From an uncultured Verrucomicrobiae bacterium (GTDB taxonomy: Bacteria > Verrucomicrobiota > Verrucomicrobiia > Chthoniobacterales > JAFAMB01), in the NCBI GenBank assembly GCA_963837955.1, contig CAWIPH010000002.1, positions 3,584,001 to 3,648,000 of the forward strand: a DNA stretch of 64,000 bases. Direction: 5' to 3'. Positions 9,858 through 19,346 of the stretch are shown here, piece after piece. The notes under the pieces were generated by a model. It was given only the letters and a program-made list of their open reading frames with translations, did not search any database and was not told the DNA's origin. Position 1 is the first letter of the stretch, and the number at the start of each line of letters is the position of its first letter. A program made the translations under genes and the position numbers.

Positions 9858-10139
9858 ATGCGGGCCACACTTAAAGCACGGGTCGTTCCAAACGCGCGCC
9901 GGAGTGAGGTGGCCGGTTTTATGCAAGAGGAGGTCCGAGTCAAGATCCAGGCACCCGCCCACGAGGGAAAAGCGAATGCTGAACTGATTCGATTTCTATC
10001 GGAATTAATCGGTTGTGCGAAATCGAGCATCATAATCAAACGGGGAGAGAAAAGTCGCAATAAAGTAATCGAGATCGAGGGTGTAAGTCCCCAAGAAGTC
10101 TGGCGCAAATTGGGGATCAGGTTCGTTAGTGGCGACTAG
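9858..10139 (+). CDS. DUF167 (YggU-like) protein
   Basis: V.PNARRSEV, APAHEGKANAELIRFL and GEKSRNK motifs. Confidence 0.88.
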   Translation: MRATLKARVVPNARRSEVAGFMQEEVRVKIQAPAHEGKANAELIRFLSELIGCAKSSIIIKRGEKSRNKVIEIEGVSPQEVWRKLGIRFVSGD

Positions 10140-10312
10140 CCTGCTACTAACCAGGATCGGGAGGGCGCACAGCCCGTCCGACATAGCTCATCGGACGTCT
10201 TGGGCAATAAGATTGAGAACTCTGCGACTTCGGATCCTCGTGCGCGCGGATCGCGGGGATCCGACGTCGCAGAAGCGCATTGTCGTTGAGCGTGATGCAT
10301 CGAAAAGCTATG

Positions 10313-10414
10313 TCGGATAGGCCGCCTTCGTAAACTACGGCGCGCCCTAGAGACGAGTTGACCAAAGGCGCTGGAGTTGGCCGCGACGCAGGCTTTGCGG
10401 AGTCGGGCTGCGAT
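10313..10414. repeat. Interspersed repeat, inverted copy of the element at 31663-31766
   Basis: The reverse complement reads tcgcagcccgactccgcaaagcct...ctagggcgcgccg.agt.t.cgaaggcggcct, matching the 31663 copy. The ends are conserved and the middle differs. Confidence 0.75.
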
Positions 10415-10615
10415 CCCTCCCTGATATATGGCGACTGTGATAGGCAAAGCGGTGCTTTTAGACACGAATGGCTACACGCTTGGTTCCTGAGGCTGGCTTG
10501 TCCGCCGTAGTTTGTGGGTTTTGCGGGAACGAAGGAGGGAGCATCAGGCTACGTTTTCGCCACTCCCAAGGTCTTTGCTCGTTGGCCAAAGAATGCTAGC
10601 TTCCGAACTCTTCGT

Positions 10616-13348
10616 ATGAATTACAAGGAGACACTCAACTTGCCCAAAACCGATTTCCCGATGAAGGCCAACCTCGTCGCGCGGGAACCGGAACTTTTGG
10701 CCAAATGGCAGAATACCGGTGTCTATCGTCAGATCCAAGACCGAAGGAAAGACGCACCCCTTTTCGTTCTCCACGACGGCCCGCCGTTTGCCAATGGCGA
10801 CGTTCATATGGGCACAGCCCTGAACAAGGTCCTGAAAGATCTTATCGTGAAGAGCCGCTCAATGTTGGGCCTCCGGGCACCTTTCGTACCGGGTTGGGAT
10901 TGTCACGGTCTGCCGATCGAATTCAAGGTCGTCAAAGAATCGCGCGGACTCTCCCCCCTCGAGGTACGGCAACGATCTGAACAATACGCTCGAAAGTATG
11001 TCGAGATTCAACGGAACCAGTTTCGCCGCCTGGGCGTTTTCGGCGACTGGGAAAATCCGTACCTGACTCTCGACCCGCACTACGAGGCGGTGATCCTACA
11101 GATTTTTGCGGCTATCGTCGAAAAGGGGTTGGTCTACCAAAGCAAGAAGCCGGTCTATTGGAGTACCGGCGCACAGACCGCTTTGGCCGAGGCTGAGGTT
11201 GAGTATAGAGATCGGCGCGATCCTTCGATCTATGTTGGCTTTCCAGTGGTCTCCGGAAAATATGCTGGCCGCTGCTCTCTCGCGATCTGGACGACGACTC
11301 CCTGGACACTGCCTGCCAATCTGGCCGTAGCGGTGCATCCAACATTCACTTATGTAGTGCAAGAGTTCGCCCATCCGGACCACGAAGCTCGCAGAACGCT
11401 TTTACTCGCAAAAGAGCGCATGGCTGCGTTCACAGAAGCTACTGGTTGGGTCCCTGAAGGAAAACCCATCCAGGAACTCCTGGGAAGCGAGTTGGAGGGA
11501 ATCTCTTATCGCCATCCATTCCTCGACCGCGATGGCGAAATTCTGACCGCGGAATTCGTGACACTCGATGCGGGCACCGGATGCGTTCATATCGCTCCAG
11601 GTCACGGTGAAGACGACTATCAACTCGGTTTGAAGCATGGCCTCCCAATCCTTTCACCGGTGGATGATCATGGACGGTTTACTTCGGAGGTTGGAATTAC
11701 CGAGTGGACGGGAAAGTACGTTTTCGACGCAAATCCCGACGTCATTAAGCTGCTGAAGGAACTGGGCGCGCTCCTGGGGGAACAGACCTTCGAGCACTCT
11801 TATCCGCATTGCTGGCGTTCAAAAACCCCGGTTGTGTTCCGTGCTGTCGAACAGTTTTTCATTCGGATTGATCAGATCAAGGATGACGCATTGGCGGCGG
11901 TCGAGCGGGTCAAATGGCTGCCGAGCTGGGGTCGCAATCGGATGTATTCTACCGTGGAATCCCGCCCGGACTGGTGTATTTCCCGGCAACGAAGTTGGGG
12001 AGTGCCTCTCCCTGCATTCTATCGAAAAGGTAAACCGATCCTCGACGCGGACTGGATCCGGCGAGTGGCGGAATTGGTCCGCGAGCGGGGTTCAAACGTT
12101 TGGTACGCATTGAGTGACGAGGCGATCGCTCAACAATTAGGATTGCCGCCCGGATTAACCAGACGCAATGATACACTCGACGTTTGGATCGACTCCGGTG
12201 TTAGCCATGAGGCGGTATTAAAAACGCGCCCCGAGCTACGCTGGCCTGCGGATGTCTACATCGAAGCGACAGATCAACACCGCGGTTGGTTCCAGTCCTC
12301 TCTGCTGACCAGCGTGGCAATTCATGGAGAAGCTCCGTATCGGGAAGTGATCACTCATTCCTTTGTCGTCGACATGGAAAGCAAGCAGAAGCTCTCCAAG
12401 TCGCAGCAAGGTGCCTACGCGAAACCGACCGAAGCGGAATACTACGTTAATAAGTATGGCGCGGATATCGTTCGCCTTTGGGTCGCCAGTGTCAATTACA
12501 CTGATGAAGTTCCCTTTGGCGAAAAGATGTTCGAGCAGTTGACGGATACCTACCGCCGCATCCGGAATACGCTCCGTATCTTGTTGGCAAATCTCAGCGA
12601 TTTCGATTCGGAGAAGCATCGGTCCAGCCGGCTCACTTTAGTGGATCGATGGTTATTGACGCGCCTGCAGGAATTGACGCGCCAGTGCCGAGAGGCATAC
12701 GAGCGATATGAGTTTCACAAAGTTTACCATGCTCTCAACCAATTCTGCGCCATCGAATTGAGCAGTTTGTACGTCGATATCACGAAGGACCGCATGTATT
12801 GCGACGCCCCGGATTCCCCTCGGCGACGGGCCACGCAAAGTGTCATGCATACGGCCTTTGATCATCTCGTTCGGTTGTTGGCCCCGATCCTGGCTTTTAC
12901 GGCTGAGGAGGCCTGGTCCCATTTTGGCCGAGCGGATTCGGTCCACCTCGAGATTTTGCCGACGAGCGACAGTAAACTGATCGATTCGCAAGCTGTGGCC
13001 GACGTCGAAGCGTTGCTGCGGGCCCGGGCAGTGGTCGCCCAAGCACTTGAATCTGCCCGCCAGCAAAAACAAATCGGCAACAATCTGGAGGCCCAGGTGA
13101 AATTGACTCTGCCGATCGGCGATCGCGTTCATCGGTTGGACCATGAAGAGGTCGAGGAATTCCTTATCTTGAGCCATCTCGAAATCGTGACTCGCGAGGG
13201 CGATCCCATGGCAACAGCGTCGAAAACCAAACGCGTCCGTTGCGAACGCTGCTGGCGTCATCGCCCAATGGTGAACATGATCCCGGCTCATCCCGGACTC
13301 TGTGACCGCTGTGCGGCCGTGATTGACCAGATGGCGATCGAAAAATGA
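10616..13348 (+). CDS. ileS: Isoleucine--tRNA ligase (type 1)
   Basis: MNYKETLNLPKTDFPMKANL, HDGPPFANG.VHMGT, WDCHGLPIE, WTTTPWTLPAN, DWCISRQR.WG, KLSKS and C-terminal CERCW...CDRC zinc finger. Confidence 0.97.
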   Translation: MNYKETLNLPKTDFPMKANLVAREPELLAKWQNTGVYRQIQDRRKDAPLFVLHDGPPFANGDVHMGTALNKVLKDLIVKSRSMLGLRAPFVPGWDCHGLPIEFKVVKESRGLSPLEVRQRSEQYARKYVEIQRNQFRRLGVFGDWENPYLTLDPHYEAVILQIFAAIVEKGLVYQSKKPVYWSTGAQTALAEAEVEYRDRRDPSIYVGFPVVSGKYAGRCSLAIWTTTPWTLPANLAVAVHPTFTYVVQEFAHPDHEARRTLLLAKERMAAFTEATGWVPEGKPIQELLGSELEGISYRHPFLDRDGEILTAEFVTLDAGTGCVHIAPGHGEDDYQLGLKHGLPILSPVDDHGRFTSEVGITEWTGKYVFDANPDVIKLLKELGALLGEQTFEHSYPHCWRSKTPVVFRAVEQFFIRIDQIKDDALAAVERVKWLPSWGRNRMYSTVESRPDWCISRQRSWGVPLPAFYRKGKPILDADWIRRVAELVRERGSNVWYALSDEAIAQQLGLPPGLTRRNDTLDVWIDSGVSHEAVLKTRPELRWPADVYIEATDQHRGWFQSSLLTSVAIHGEAPYREVITHSFVVDMESKQKLSKSQQGAYAKPTEAEYYVNKYGADIVRLWVASVNYTDEVPFGEKMFEQLTDTYRRIRNTLRILLANLSDFDSEKHRSSRLTLVDRWLLTRLQELTRQCREAYERYEFHKVYHALNQFCAIELSSLYVDITKDRMYCDAPDSPRRRATQSVMHTAFDHLVRLLAPILAFTAEEAWSHFGRADSVHLEILPTSDSKLIDSQAVADVEALLRARAVVAQALESARQQKQIGNNLEAQVKLTLPIGDRVHRLDHEEVEEFLILSHLEIVTREGDPMATASKTKRVRCERCWRHRPMVNMIPAHPGLCDRCAAVIDQMAIEK

Positions 13349-13833
13349 AATTTTTGCTCCTGCTGAGCCCGCCGCTCATTTTGTTGGATCAGCTAACTAA
13401 ATGGTTTATCCAACAAGATATTCCCTACGGTGGCGAAGTGCCGATTATGCCGGGTTTTTTTAGCTTGGTACATGTCAGCAACACCGGAGCGGCATTTAGC
13501 TTACTCCAGGGAAATAATCTGTTTTTCATCATTCTGGCGCTATTGGCGCTTGCCGTTGTAATTTTTTTGCTCGTCCGCGATCAGTGGCAGACCGACCCCT
13601 CACGACGACTTCATTGGACGACCAAAATTTCTTTTGCCCTGCTAGCCGCAGGCATTCTCGGAAATCTCATCGATCGGTTATTCAAAGGGAGCGTGGTGGA
13701 CTTTCTCCACTTCTACATCCGCGATTACGCCTGGCCCTCCTTCAATGTGGCCGATAGCTGCATCTGTGTAGCCGCAGGCTTGCTTATTCTTACTTCATTT
13801 CGGAAGCAGCGACCTGTCGCTGAAAATTCGTAG
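13345..13833 (+). CDS. lspA: Lipoprotein signal peptidase II
   Basis: DQLTK, NTGAAFS, GNLIDR, VVDFL and FNVADS motifs. ATGA overlap with ileS. Confidence 0.96.
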   Translation: MKFLLLLSPPLILLDQLTKWFIQQDIPYGGEVPIMPGFFSLVHVSNTGAAFSLLQGNNLFFIILALLALAVVIFLLVRDQWQTDPSRRLHWTTKISFALLAAGILGNLIDRLFKGSVVDFLHFYIRDYAWPSFNVADSCICVAAGLLILTSFRKQRPVAENS

Positions 13834-13845
13834 GGTCGCCGCAGA

Positions 13846-13915
13846 CCCACGATTGGTAGGGCGAAAGCCTGGGGCGGTCTCAGCCGCGCCGGCTTGAGCC
13901 GTTCGTTTTTCTACC
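13846..13915. repeat. Diverged GTAG-type REP palindrome
   Basis: cccacgattggtagggcgaa...ttttctacc resembles the family at 25284, 51504 and 59038. It lies between convergent lspA and cca. Confidence 0.55.
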
Positions 13916-14080
13916 CAAAAATGTCGTTTGGCTCACGTTCGTACCGTCTTGGGTCGTGGACGGCACGGATCGCTCCCGCACCGGCTCAAACCCGGCGCCA
14001 ACCAGACAACGCAGTATCGATTGATTTCCCGGGCGCCGAGGTTTTCGCCCTACCAGCCAGGGGTGTCCTGCACGCAACAT

Positions 14081-15445
14081 TCAATTTCCCCCACCCTCCA
14101 CCGCTAATCGCTGCACCAAAGCTAGCGCTTCCGCCCGAGTTTGGATTTCCCCCTCGAGCTGGGCTGTCTGCACTCTCTCTAAAATCTGTCCGAATCGCGG
14201 TCCAGGAGAAAGGCCGAGCGCAATCAGATCATGACCATTCACCAGCGGCGGCGGTATCAATGGCTCTTTCTCGAATTCCTTTTCCTTCTGCAGAAGAAAC
14301 TGAAAGTTCTCTAGATCGCCGTGGCTGCTCAAGCAATCGACTCGGTGTAATTCAAGCTCCAGGCCAAAGTTTCCGCGAGCCATAAAACGACGAAGCTTCG
14401 CCGGACGCATCCTGGGGACATCTTTGAACATCATGTGGGTTCTAACCGCATCCGTTACAGTTTCGATTTCCTGACCAGAAAAGCGGAGCCGCTCCATCAC
14501 GGCCAAACTCATCGCGGCACCCACTTCGTCATGCCCATTGAACCGAATACGACCCTCTGCAGGATCGCACGTCTGGGTCGGCGGTTTCCCGATATCATGC
14601 AGCAACACCATTAAAGCCAGCAACCCGGGGGCATCCGATGGCAGAAATTCCAGCATCCTCCGGGTATGAACGAAAACGTCCCCTTCCGGATGAAATTGCG
14701 GAGGCTGTTCGCAGCCCTTTAGCGCAGCAACTTCCGGGAGGATCTGCTCGAGCAATCCGCTGGCATCCAAAAGATCGAATCCCCGCACGCGGTGAGGGTC
14801 AGCCAGGATTTTCATCAGTTCGTCCCGTATCCGTTCGGGACTTACTACGTGTATTTCTTTCGCATCCCGCCGAAGCGCACTCCAGGTTTCCGCTCCGATT
14901 TCAAATTGTAACGTCGCGGCAAAGCGCACCGCTCGAAGCATTCGGAGGCGATCTTCGGCAAAACGTAGCTGGGCATCCCCGATGGCTCGCACCAACTTTT
15001 TTTGCAAATCCTCACGCCCTCCGACGTAGTCGACTACTCTGTCGGCGATCGGGTCGTAGAACATCCCGTTGATCGTAAAGTCGCGTCTCTGGGCATCCTC
15101 CTCCGCGGAAGAGAAGGTCACCGTCTCGGGCCGTCGGCCATCCAAATAGGCACCATCAGATCGGAAAGTGGCGACTTCAAATTCCCACTCATTTTCCAGT
15201 ACTCGAATAACTCCAAACTTTGCGCCGACCGGAACGGTCCGAGCAAAAAGTTCCTGAACCCGCTCAGGACGGGCATCAGTCGCAACATCGATATCCTTTG
15301 GCCGAAAACCGAGGAGCGCGTCCCGAACGCAGCCGCCGGCAAAATAGGCTAGGTGACCGCGGTCGCGCAAACGTCGAACGACCGATGTCGCCACTTCCAC
15401 CAGCGGGGATGTGTCAAGCAGCTTCGGCAATCTCACTACCTCCAT
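14081..15445 (-). CDS. cca: CCA tRNA nucleotidyltransferase (class II) with HD domain
   Basis: GGCVRD, DIDVAT, RRDFTING, EDRLRMLRAVRF, ERIRDEL and LLHDIGK. The true start may be a few codons downstream. Confidence 0.9.
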   Translation of the reverse strand: MEVVRLPKLLDTSPLVEVATSVVRRLRDRGHLAYFAGGCVRDALLGFRPKDIDVATDARPERVQELFARTVPVGAKFGVIRVLENEWEFEVATFRSDGAYLDGRRPETVTFSSAEEDAQRRDFTINGMFYDPIADRVVDYVGGREDLQKKLVRAIGDAQLRFAEDRLRMLRAVRFAATLQFEIGAETWSALRRDAKEIHVVSPERIRDELMKILADPHRVRGFDLLDASGLLEQILPEVAALKGCEQPPQFHPEGDVFVHTRRMLEFLPSDAPGLLALMVLLHDIGKPPTQTCDPAEGRIRFNGHDEVGAAMSLAVMERLRFSGQEIETVTDAVRTHMMFKDVPRMRPAKLRRFMARGNFGLELELHRVDCLSSHGDLENFQFLLQKEKEFEKEPLIPPPLVNGHDLIALGLSPGPRFGQILERVQTAQLEGEIQTRAEALALVQRLAVEGGGN

Positions 15446-15572
15446 ACAGCAAACGCAAATCGGCGTTGGCTGCTTCGACGGCGGCCGACAACGGCAGTTC
15501 CAGTTCCATATAGATCTGAGTCAAGGCAACGAACCTCTCCTCTTCAGTTAGACGGATGTCTGGCATGTTCAT
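15414..15572 (-). CDS. Unannotated 52-aa small protein (MNMPDIRLTEEERFVALTQIYMELELPLSAAVEAANADLRLLYGGSEIAEAA)
   Basis: AGGAGG SD 5 nt before ATG 15572. Amphipathic helical composition. The end overlaps the cca start region. Confidence 0.65.
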   Translation of the reverse strand: MNMPDIRLTEEERFVALTQIYMELELPLSAAVEAANADLRLLYGGSEIAEAA

Positions 15573-15608
15573 TTATTCCTCCTATTCTCCGCCGCCCCGC
15601 CGGTTCAC

Positions 15609-15644
15609 AAAAAAAAACCACCGCCGGGATTCAGCGGTGGGTTT
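15609..15644 (-). terminator. Intrinsic terminator in the 5' leader of the small ORF/cca (attenuator-like)
   Basis: The minus strand reads CCACCGCT-GAATCCC-GGCGGTGG followed by 9 T, about 36 nt upstream of ATG 15572. Confidence 0.8.
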
Positions 15645-15685
15645 GTCGAAAAGTCTCTAGTTTTCTAGTCGTTTCTGAGCTTACT

Positions 15686-15790
15686 CCCTCACCGCTTATC
15701 GGTAGCGTCGCCACGCGGCGCAACCGAAATACGCCACATCGTCCCCGAGGCGCATTTAAGGTTCTTGGTTTGGTGAGGAATCACAAGCAT
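15686..15790 (-). promoter_or_regulatory. Putative antiterminator plus leader-peptide region
   Basis: AGCGGTGAGGG (15696-15686) is complementary to the terminator 5' arm CCCACCGCT. Short ORFs 15755-15696 (MRLGDDVAYFGCAAWRRYR) and 15790-15689 both stop at this segment. Confidence 0.55.
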
Positions 15791-15997
15791 GGTCCACTTT
15801 TATAGAACAGACCGCAGCCGCCCGCAATAAAAAACTTTTCCAATTGCTGTTATAAGATTTTTTCTCACAGAAAACCAGGCTGGAATAATGAGGTTGCCGT
15901 CGGGCAGAGTCCGACGTAGCATCGGAACATTGTTTAAAGGTCTTCGAATTGCCTGGAAGTGCGCGGTGTCGCTACTTCGACTTCCAGACCGGACCCT

Positions 15998-16210
15998 ATG
16001 GAACCCAAGCCCGCAGCTGATTTTGCGAACAGTGGGAAGCGAACTACCAGCGTGCGCCTGGAGCATCTGGAACGCCTCGAGACCGTCGTTCGTGAATTCG
16101 GGTTCAAAGACCGGAGCCACTTTTTTCAGCTCTGCACGGATGCACTTCTGCGCGCTCATCACAGCGGACAACGCCTAGACTGGCCGCCGCGTTTCGTGAC
16201 TCGCGATTAG
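15998..16210 (+). CDS. Small putative ribbon-helix-helix (CopG-like) protein
   Basis: 70 aa. The pattern KRTTSVRL (strand) - EHLERLETVVREFG (helix) - DRSHFFQLC (helix) resembles an RHH fold. Confidence 0.5.
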   Translation: MEPKPAADFANSGKRTTSVRLEHLERLETVVREFGFKDRSHFFQLCTDALLRAHHSGQRLDWPPRFVTRD

Positions 16211-16464
16211 TGCGGCGTTGCCTGATCCCGCCGTCGCTATGCGCGGCCTTATCCCTTGGCGGGCGCGCCGTAGCACGAAGGTTGCGTCCTGGCTAAGGCC
16301 AAAACGATGGCTTCGGCCACAACGATTGTGAAAGGTGAGAAGTGATTGGTGAATGGTGGGAGATCTCTGCCGAGAATTTGCCGATAGGAATCCACCACCC
16401 TATCACCGATCACCAACGACACTCTCTTGACGAGGGTTTGGATTGGGCCACGATGACCCCACCT

Positions 16465-17742
16465 ATGGAGAGAGCCGCACTTTGTTCGCTACCATTTGGA
16501 CCACACCGCCCAGCCGCAAAATTCGCCTCGTTGCTTTTCGCCCCGATATTCATTTTTTGTTCCTTCGCCCAAGCACAAGATCAATCAGGTAAAGCCCCCG
16601 AAGATGACGAATGGGCCGCAACCTGGGGTTGCGCCCCGGCGTTTCCCATCGGACAGGAGCTGGCCAATCAGACGCTTCGCCAGTTTGTCAGAATTAGCGT
16701 AGGAGGCGAACGTGTGCGGATCCGCTTGTCCAATGAAACCGGGACGCAGCCGTTAGTCATTGGAGCGGCACATTTGGCTATTGCTGGGCCGGAGAAGGGA
16801 AGTATCGATCCTTCATCGGATCATGTGCTGACTTTCAACGGTAGCCCAACGATCACCGTACCTCCGGGAGCGCCGGTGCTCAGCGATCCGCTGGATTTCG
16901 AAGTCCGGCCCCTTACGATGCTCGCAGTCAGTCTCTACATAACCCGTGATACGGGCGGCTCGGTGATTCATCCGCTGGGTGGTGCGACGGCTTATCTTTC
17001 CCAATCTGGCGATCAGAGTGGCGCAACGACAATCGCCGACGCTACGACAGTAACCGAACGATATTTTCTGACCCGAATCGAAGTGAACTCACCCAACAAT
17101 GCTGGAACGATCGTCGCCTTAGGCGATTCGATTACTGACGGACGCGGATCGACAGTGGATGCTAACCGGCGCTGGCCCGATCGGTTAGCCGAACGTTTGC
17201 ATGAGCAGGGTCAAGAGCTCGGCGTGGTGAACGCAGGTATCGCCGGGAATCGAATATTGCATGATCTTCCGGAAATGATTTGTGGTCCCAGCAGTCTTTC
17301 GCGCTTCGACCGAGATGTGTTAAGCGTACCGGCCGTAAAATTTGTGATCGTTCTTCAAGGAGTGACTGACATCGGCCATCCCGTGGCCAATGCCCTTCCC
17401 GAACAAGCGGTCAGCTCAGAACAGGTTATCGGCGGCCTAAAACAATTGATTGCTCGCGCACGTGCGCGCCACCTCAAGATTTTTGGAGCCACCCTCCTGC
17501 CAGAGGAGGGTGATGTCTTGCACAACGAGGAAGGTGAAGCGAAACGCAAAGCGGTAAATGAATGGATCCGCACTAGTAAGGCTTTTGATGGTGTCATTGA
17601 CTTCGAAGCTGCGGTCCGCGACCCGGATCATCCGGCACGACTCCGTGCTGAATACGATTCGGGTGATCACGGACATCTCAACGACGCCGGCTATCGAGCG
17701 ATGGCGGATTCCATCGATCTGAAGTTGTTTGCCAAACCGTAG
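16465..17742 (+). CDS. Exported SGNH/GDSL hydrolase
   Basis: Signal-peptide-like segment, RVRIRLSN, ALGDSITDG, VVNAGIAGNR, RFDRDVL and DSGDHGHLN. Start uncertain (16453 or 16465). Confidence 0.9.
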   Translation: MERAALCSLPFGPHRPAAKFASLLFAPIFIFCSFAQAQDQSGKAPEDDEWAATWGCAPAFPIGQELANQTLRQFVRISVGGERVRIRLSNETGTQPLVIGAAHLAIAGPEKGSIDPSSDHVLTFNGSPTITVPPGAPVLSDPLDFEVRPLTMLAVSLYITRDTGGSVIHPLGGATAYLSQSGDQSGATTIADATTVTERYFLTRIEVNSPNNAGTIVALGDSITDGRGSTVDANRRWPDRLAERLHEQGQELGVVNAGIAGNRILHDLPEMICGPSSLSRFDRDVLSVPAVKFVIVLQGVTDIGHPVANALPEQAVSSEQVIGGLKQLIARARARHLKIFGATLLPEEGDVLHNEEGEAKRKAVNEWIRTSKAFDGVIDFEAAVRDPDHPARLRAEYDSGDHGHLNDAGYRAMADSIDLKLFAKP

Positions 17743-17846
17743 TCCGGATCCTTCGAGCGCTCGACCATAAGCGCACCGAATTGCCGAGGCTGGAGCATCC
17801 CCATTACCATTGCGCGTAGTCCAGATCCTTGGGCTCCGAATCGAGA
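17738..17846. repeat. Inverted partial copies of the 89-bp repeat at 37937-38142
   Basis: cgtagtccggatcct...gcgcaccgaattgccgaggctggagcatcc matches the reverse complement of the 37937 unit. Confidence 0.7.
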
Positions 17847-17922
17847 TCTTGTGTTTTTCGACCCGGTCACTATTTTACGGTTCCTATCGACCCAGCCGTC
17901 GAGGGGTACCAATTGCCCTTAA

Positions 17923-17996
17923 GCGCTCTTAGCTCAGATGGATAGAGCAAGCGATTTCTAATCGCTCGGTCACAGGTTCGAGTCCTGTAGAGCGCG
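17923..17996 (+). tRNA. tRNA-Arg (anticodon UCU), CCA not encoded
   Basis: Acceptor stem GCGCTCT/AGAGCGC, D-arm GCTC/GAGC, anticodon stem AGCGA-TTTCTAA-TCGCT and T-arm ACAGG-TTCGAGT-CCTGT. Confidence 0.96.
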
Positions 17997-18215
17997 CTTG
18001 TATATGTGGTGGCATATAATCTTCCCCTTAGTCCAAGTCTTGGCGTCAGATCCCAATTCTCTAATCCGAAAACTTGTCGTCTTTGCGTGAGATTTCGGTC
18101 GTCTTTGCTTGATTGTATTCCGTGTTCTGATTCCGCCGAGCAGGCGTGTCCGACGAAGCATCCACCAGGTGGTGATACGATTTTTGACTAACTTCGCGAA
18201 GTCGGAAGCTCAGCC

Positions 18216-19310
18216 CTACCGTATACTCTCGTCGGTATTCGGATCGAACAGGTGAATTAACTCGCTCGCTACGGTGAGCGTTAGCTTCTCGCCGGCTACC
18301 CGTCCCCACTGTTCGTTGATCTGCGCGATGATCTTTTTCTCTTCGCCGATGTTGATTTGGAGGATTGAGGTCGCTCCTTGGGGCTCGACTACCTCGACGA
18401 TGCCTTTGATGACGTTCTTGGTCGCGCTGTCAGGGTTTCTCTCGATCAACAGGTGTTCCGGACGAACTCCCACCCAGACATCTTTGATCCCTTTCCGGGT
18501 CGCAGCAGCAGCGCGATCCTTTGATAACAGTAAGCGGAAATTTTCTCCGGCGGAAACCGATCCATCCGCTGCAACCTGCCCACGCAAAAAATTCATCGAT
18601 GGGCTGCCAATGAAACCCGCCACATACCGGTTAATCGGCACATTGTACAGATCCTTGGGCGTTCCAACCTGCTGGACTAATCCTTTGGACATGACCACGA
18701 TCCGGTCACCCATGCTCAACGCCTCAACCTGGTCGTGCGTGACGTAAAATGTCGTTACGCCCAGACGCCGTTGGAGCTTAATGATCTCGGCCCGCATCTC
18801 GACCCGAAGCTTGGCGTCTATGTTAGATAACGGTTCGTCCATCAAGAAAACCTTTGGCTCTCGCACGATCGCACGCCCAAGCGCCACTCGCTGACGTTCA
18901 CCTCCGGATAGCTCCTTGGGTTTGCGCTCAAGCAAATGCTCGATACCCAGGATTTTTGCCGCCGAATGAACTCGTTCGGCCACACGCTCTTTGGGAAACT
19001 TCCGTAACCGCAGGCCGAAAGACATGTTGCCGAATACGTTCATATGCGGAAACAGAGCGTAGTTCTGGAAAACCATGGCGACGTCGCGTTCTCGCGGGAT
19101 CATTCCGACAACGTTCTTTCCGCCAATCTTGATCTCGCCACCGGTTACTGTCTCCAGACCAGCGATCATCCGCATCGTCGTGGTCTTGCCGCATCCGGAA
19201 GGTCCGACCAGGACGACGAATTCGCCCTCGGTGGTGGTGAGATTGAAATCCTGAACGGCGAGAACTTCGCCGTACCGCTTCATCACTTTAGATAACTCGA
19301 CTATAGCCAC
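18216..19310 (-). CDS. Carbohydrate ABC transporter ATP-binding protein (MalK/UgpC family)
   Basis: [35 protein letters not shown] and a C-terminal TOBE region. Confidence 0.95.
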   Translation of the reverse strand: MAIVELSKVMKRYGEVLAVQDFNLTTTEGEFVVLVGPSGCGKTTTMRMIAGLETVTGGEIKIGGKNVVGMIPRERDVAMVFQNYALFPHMNVFGNMSFGLRLRKFPKERVAERVHSAAKILGIEHLLERKPKELSGGERQRVALGRAIVREPKVFLMDEPLSNIDAKLRVEMRAEIIKLQRRLGVTTFYVTHDQVEALSMGDRIVVMSKGLVQQVGTPKDLYNVPINRYVAGFIGSPSMNFLRGQVAADGSVSAGENFRLLLSKDRAAAATRKGIKDVWVGVRPEHLLIERNPDSATKNVIKGIVEVVEPQGATSILQINIGEEKKIIAQINEQWGRVAGEKLTLTVASELIHLFDPNTDESIR

Positions 19311-19346
19311 AGTTACTCCACTAACGTTGTTGGACTGAGAACAAGT

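Noticed and set aside
17997..18215. Prophage or integrative element at tRNA-Arg
   Set aside because: No integrase and no duplicated tRNA 3' end found in the window.
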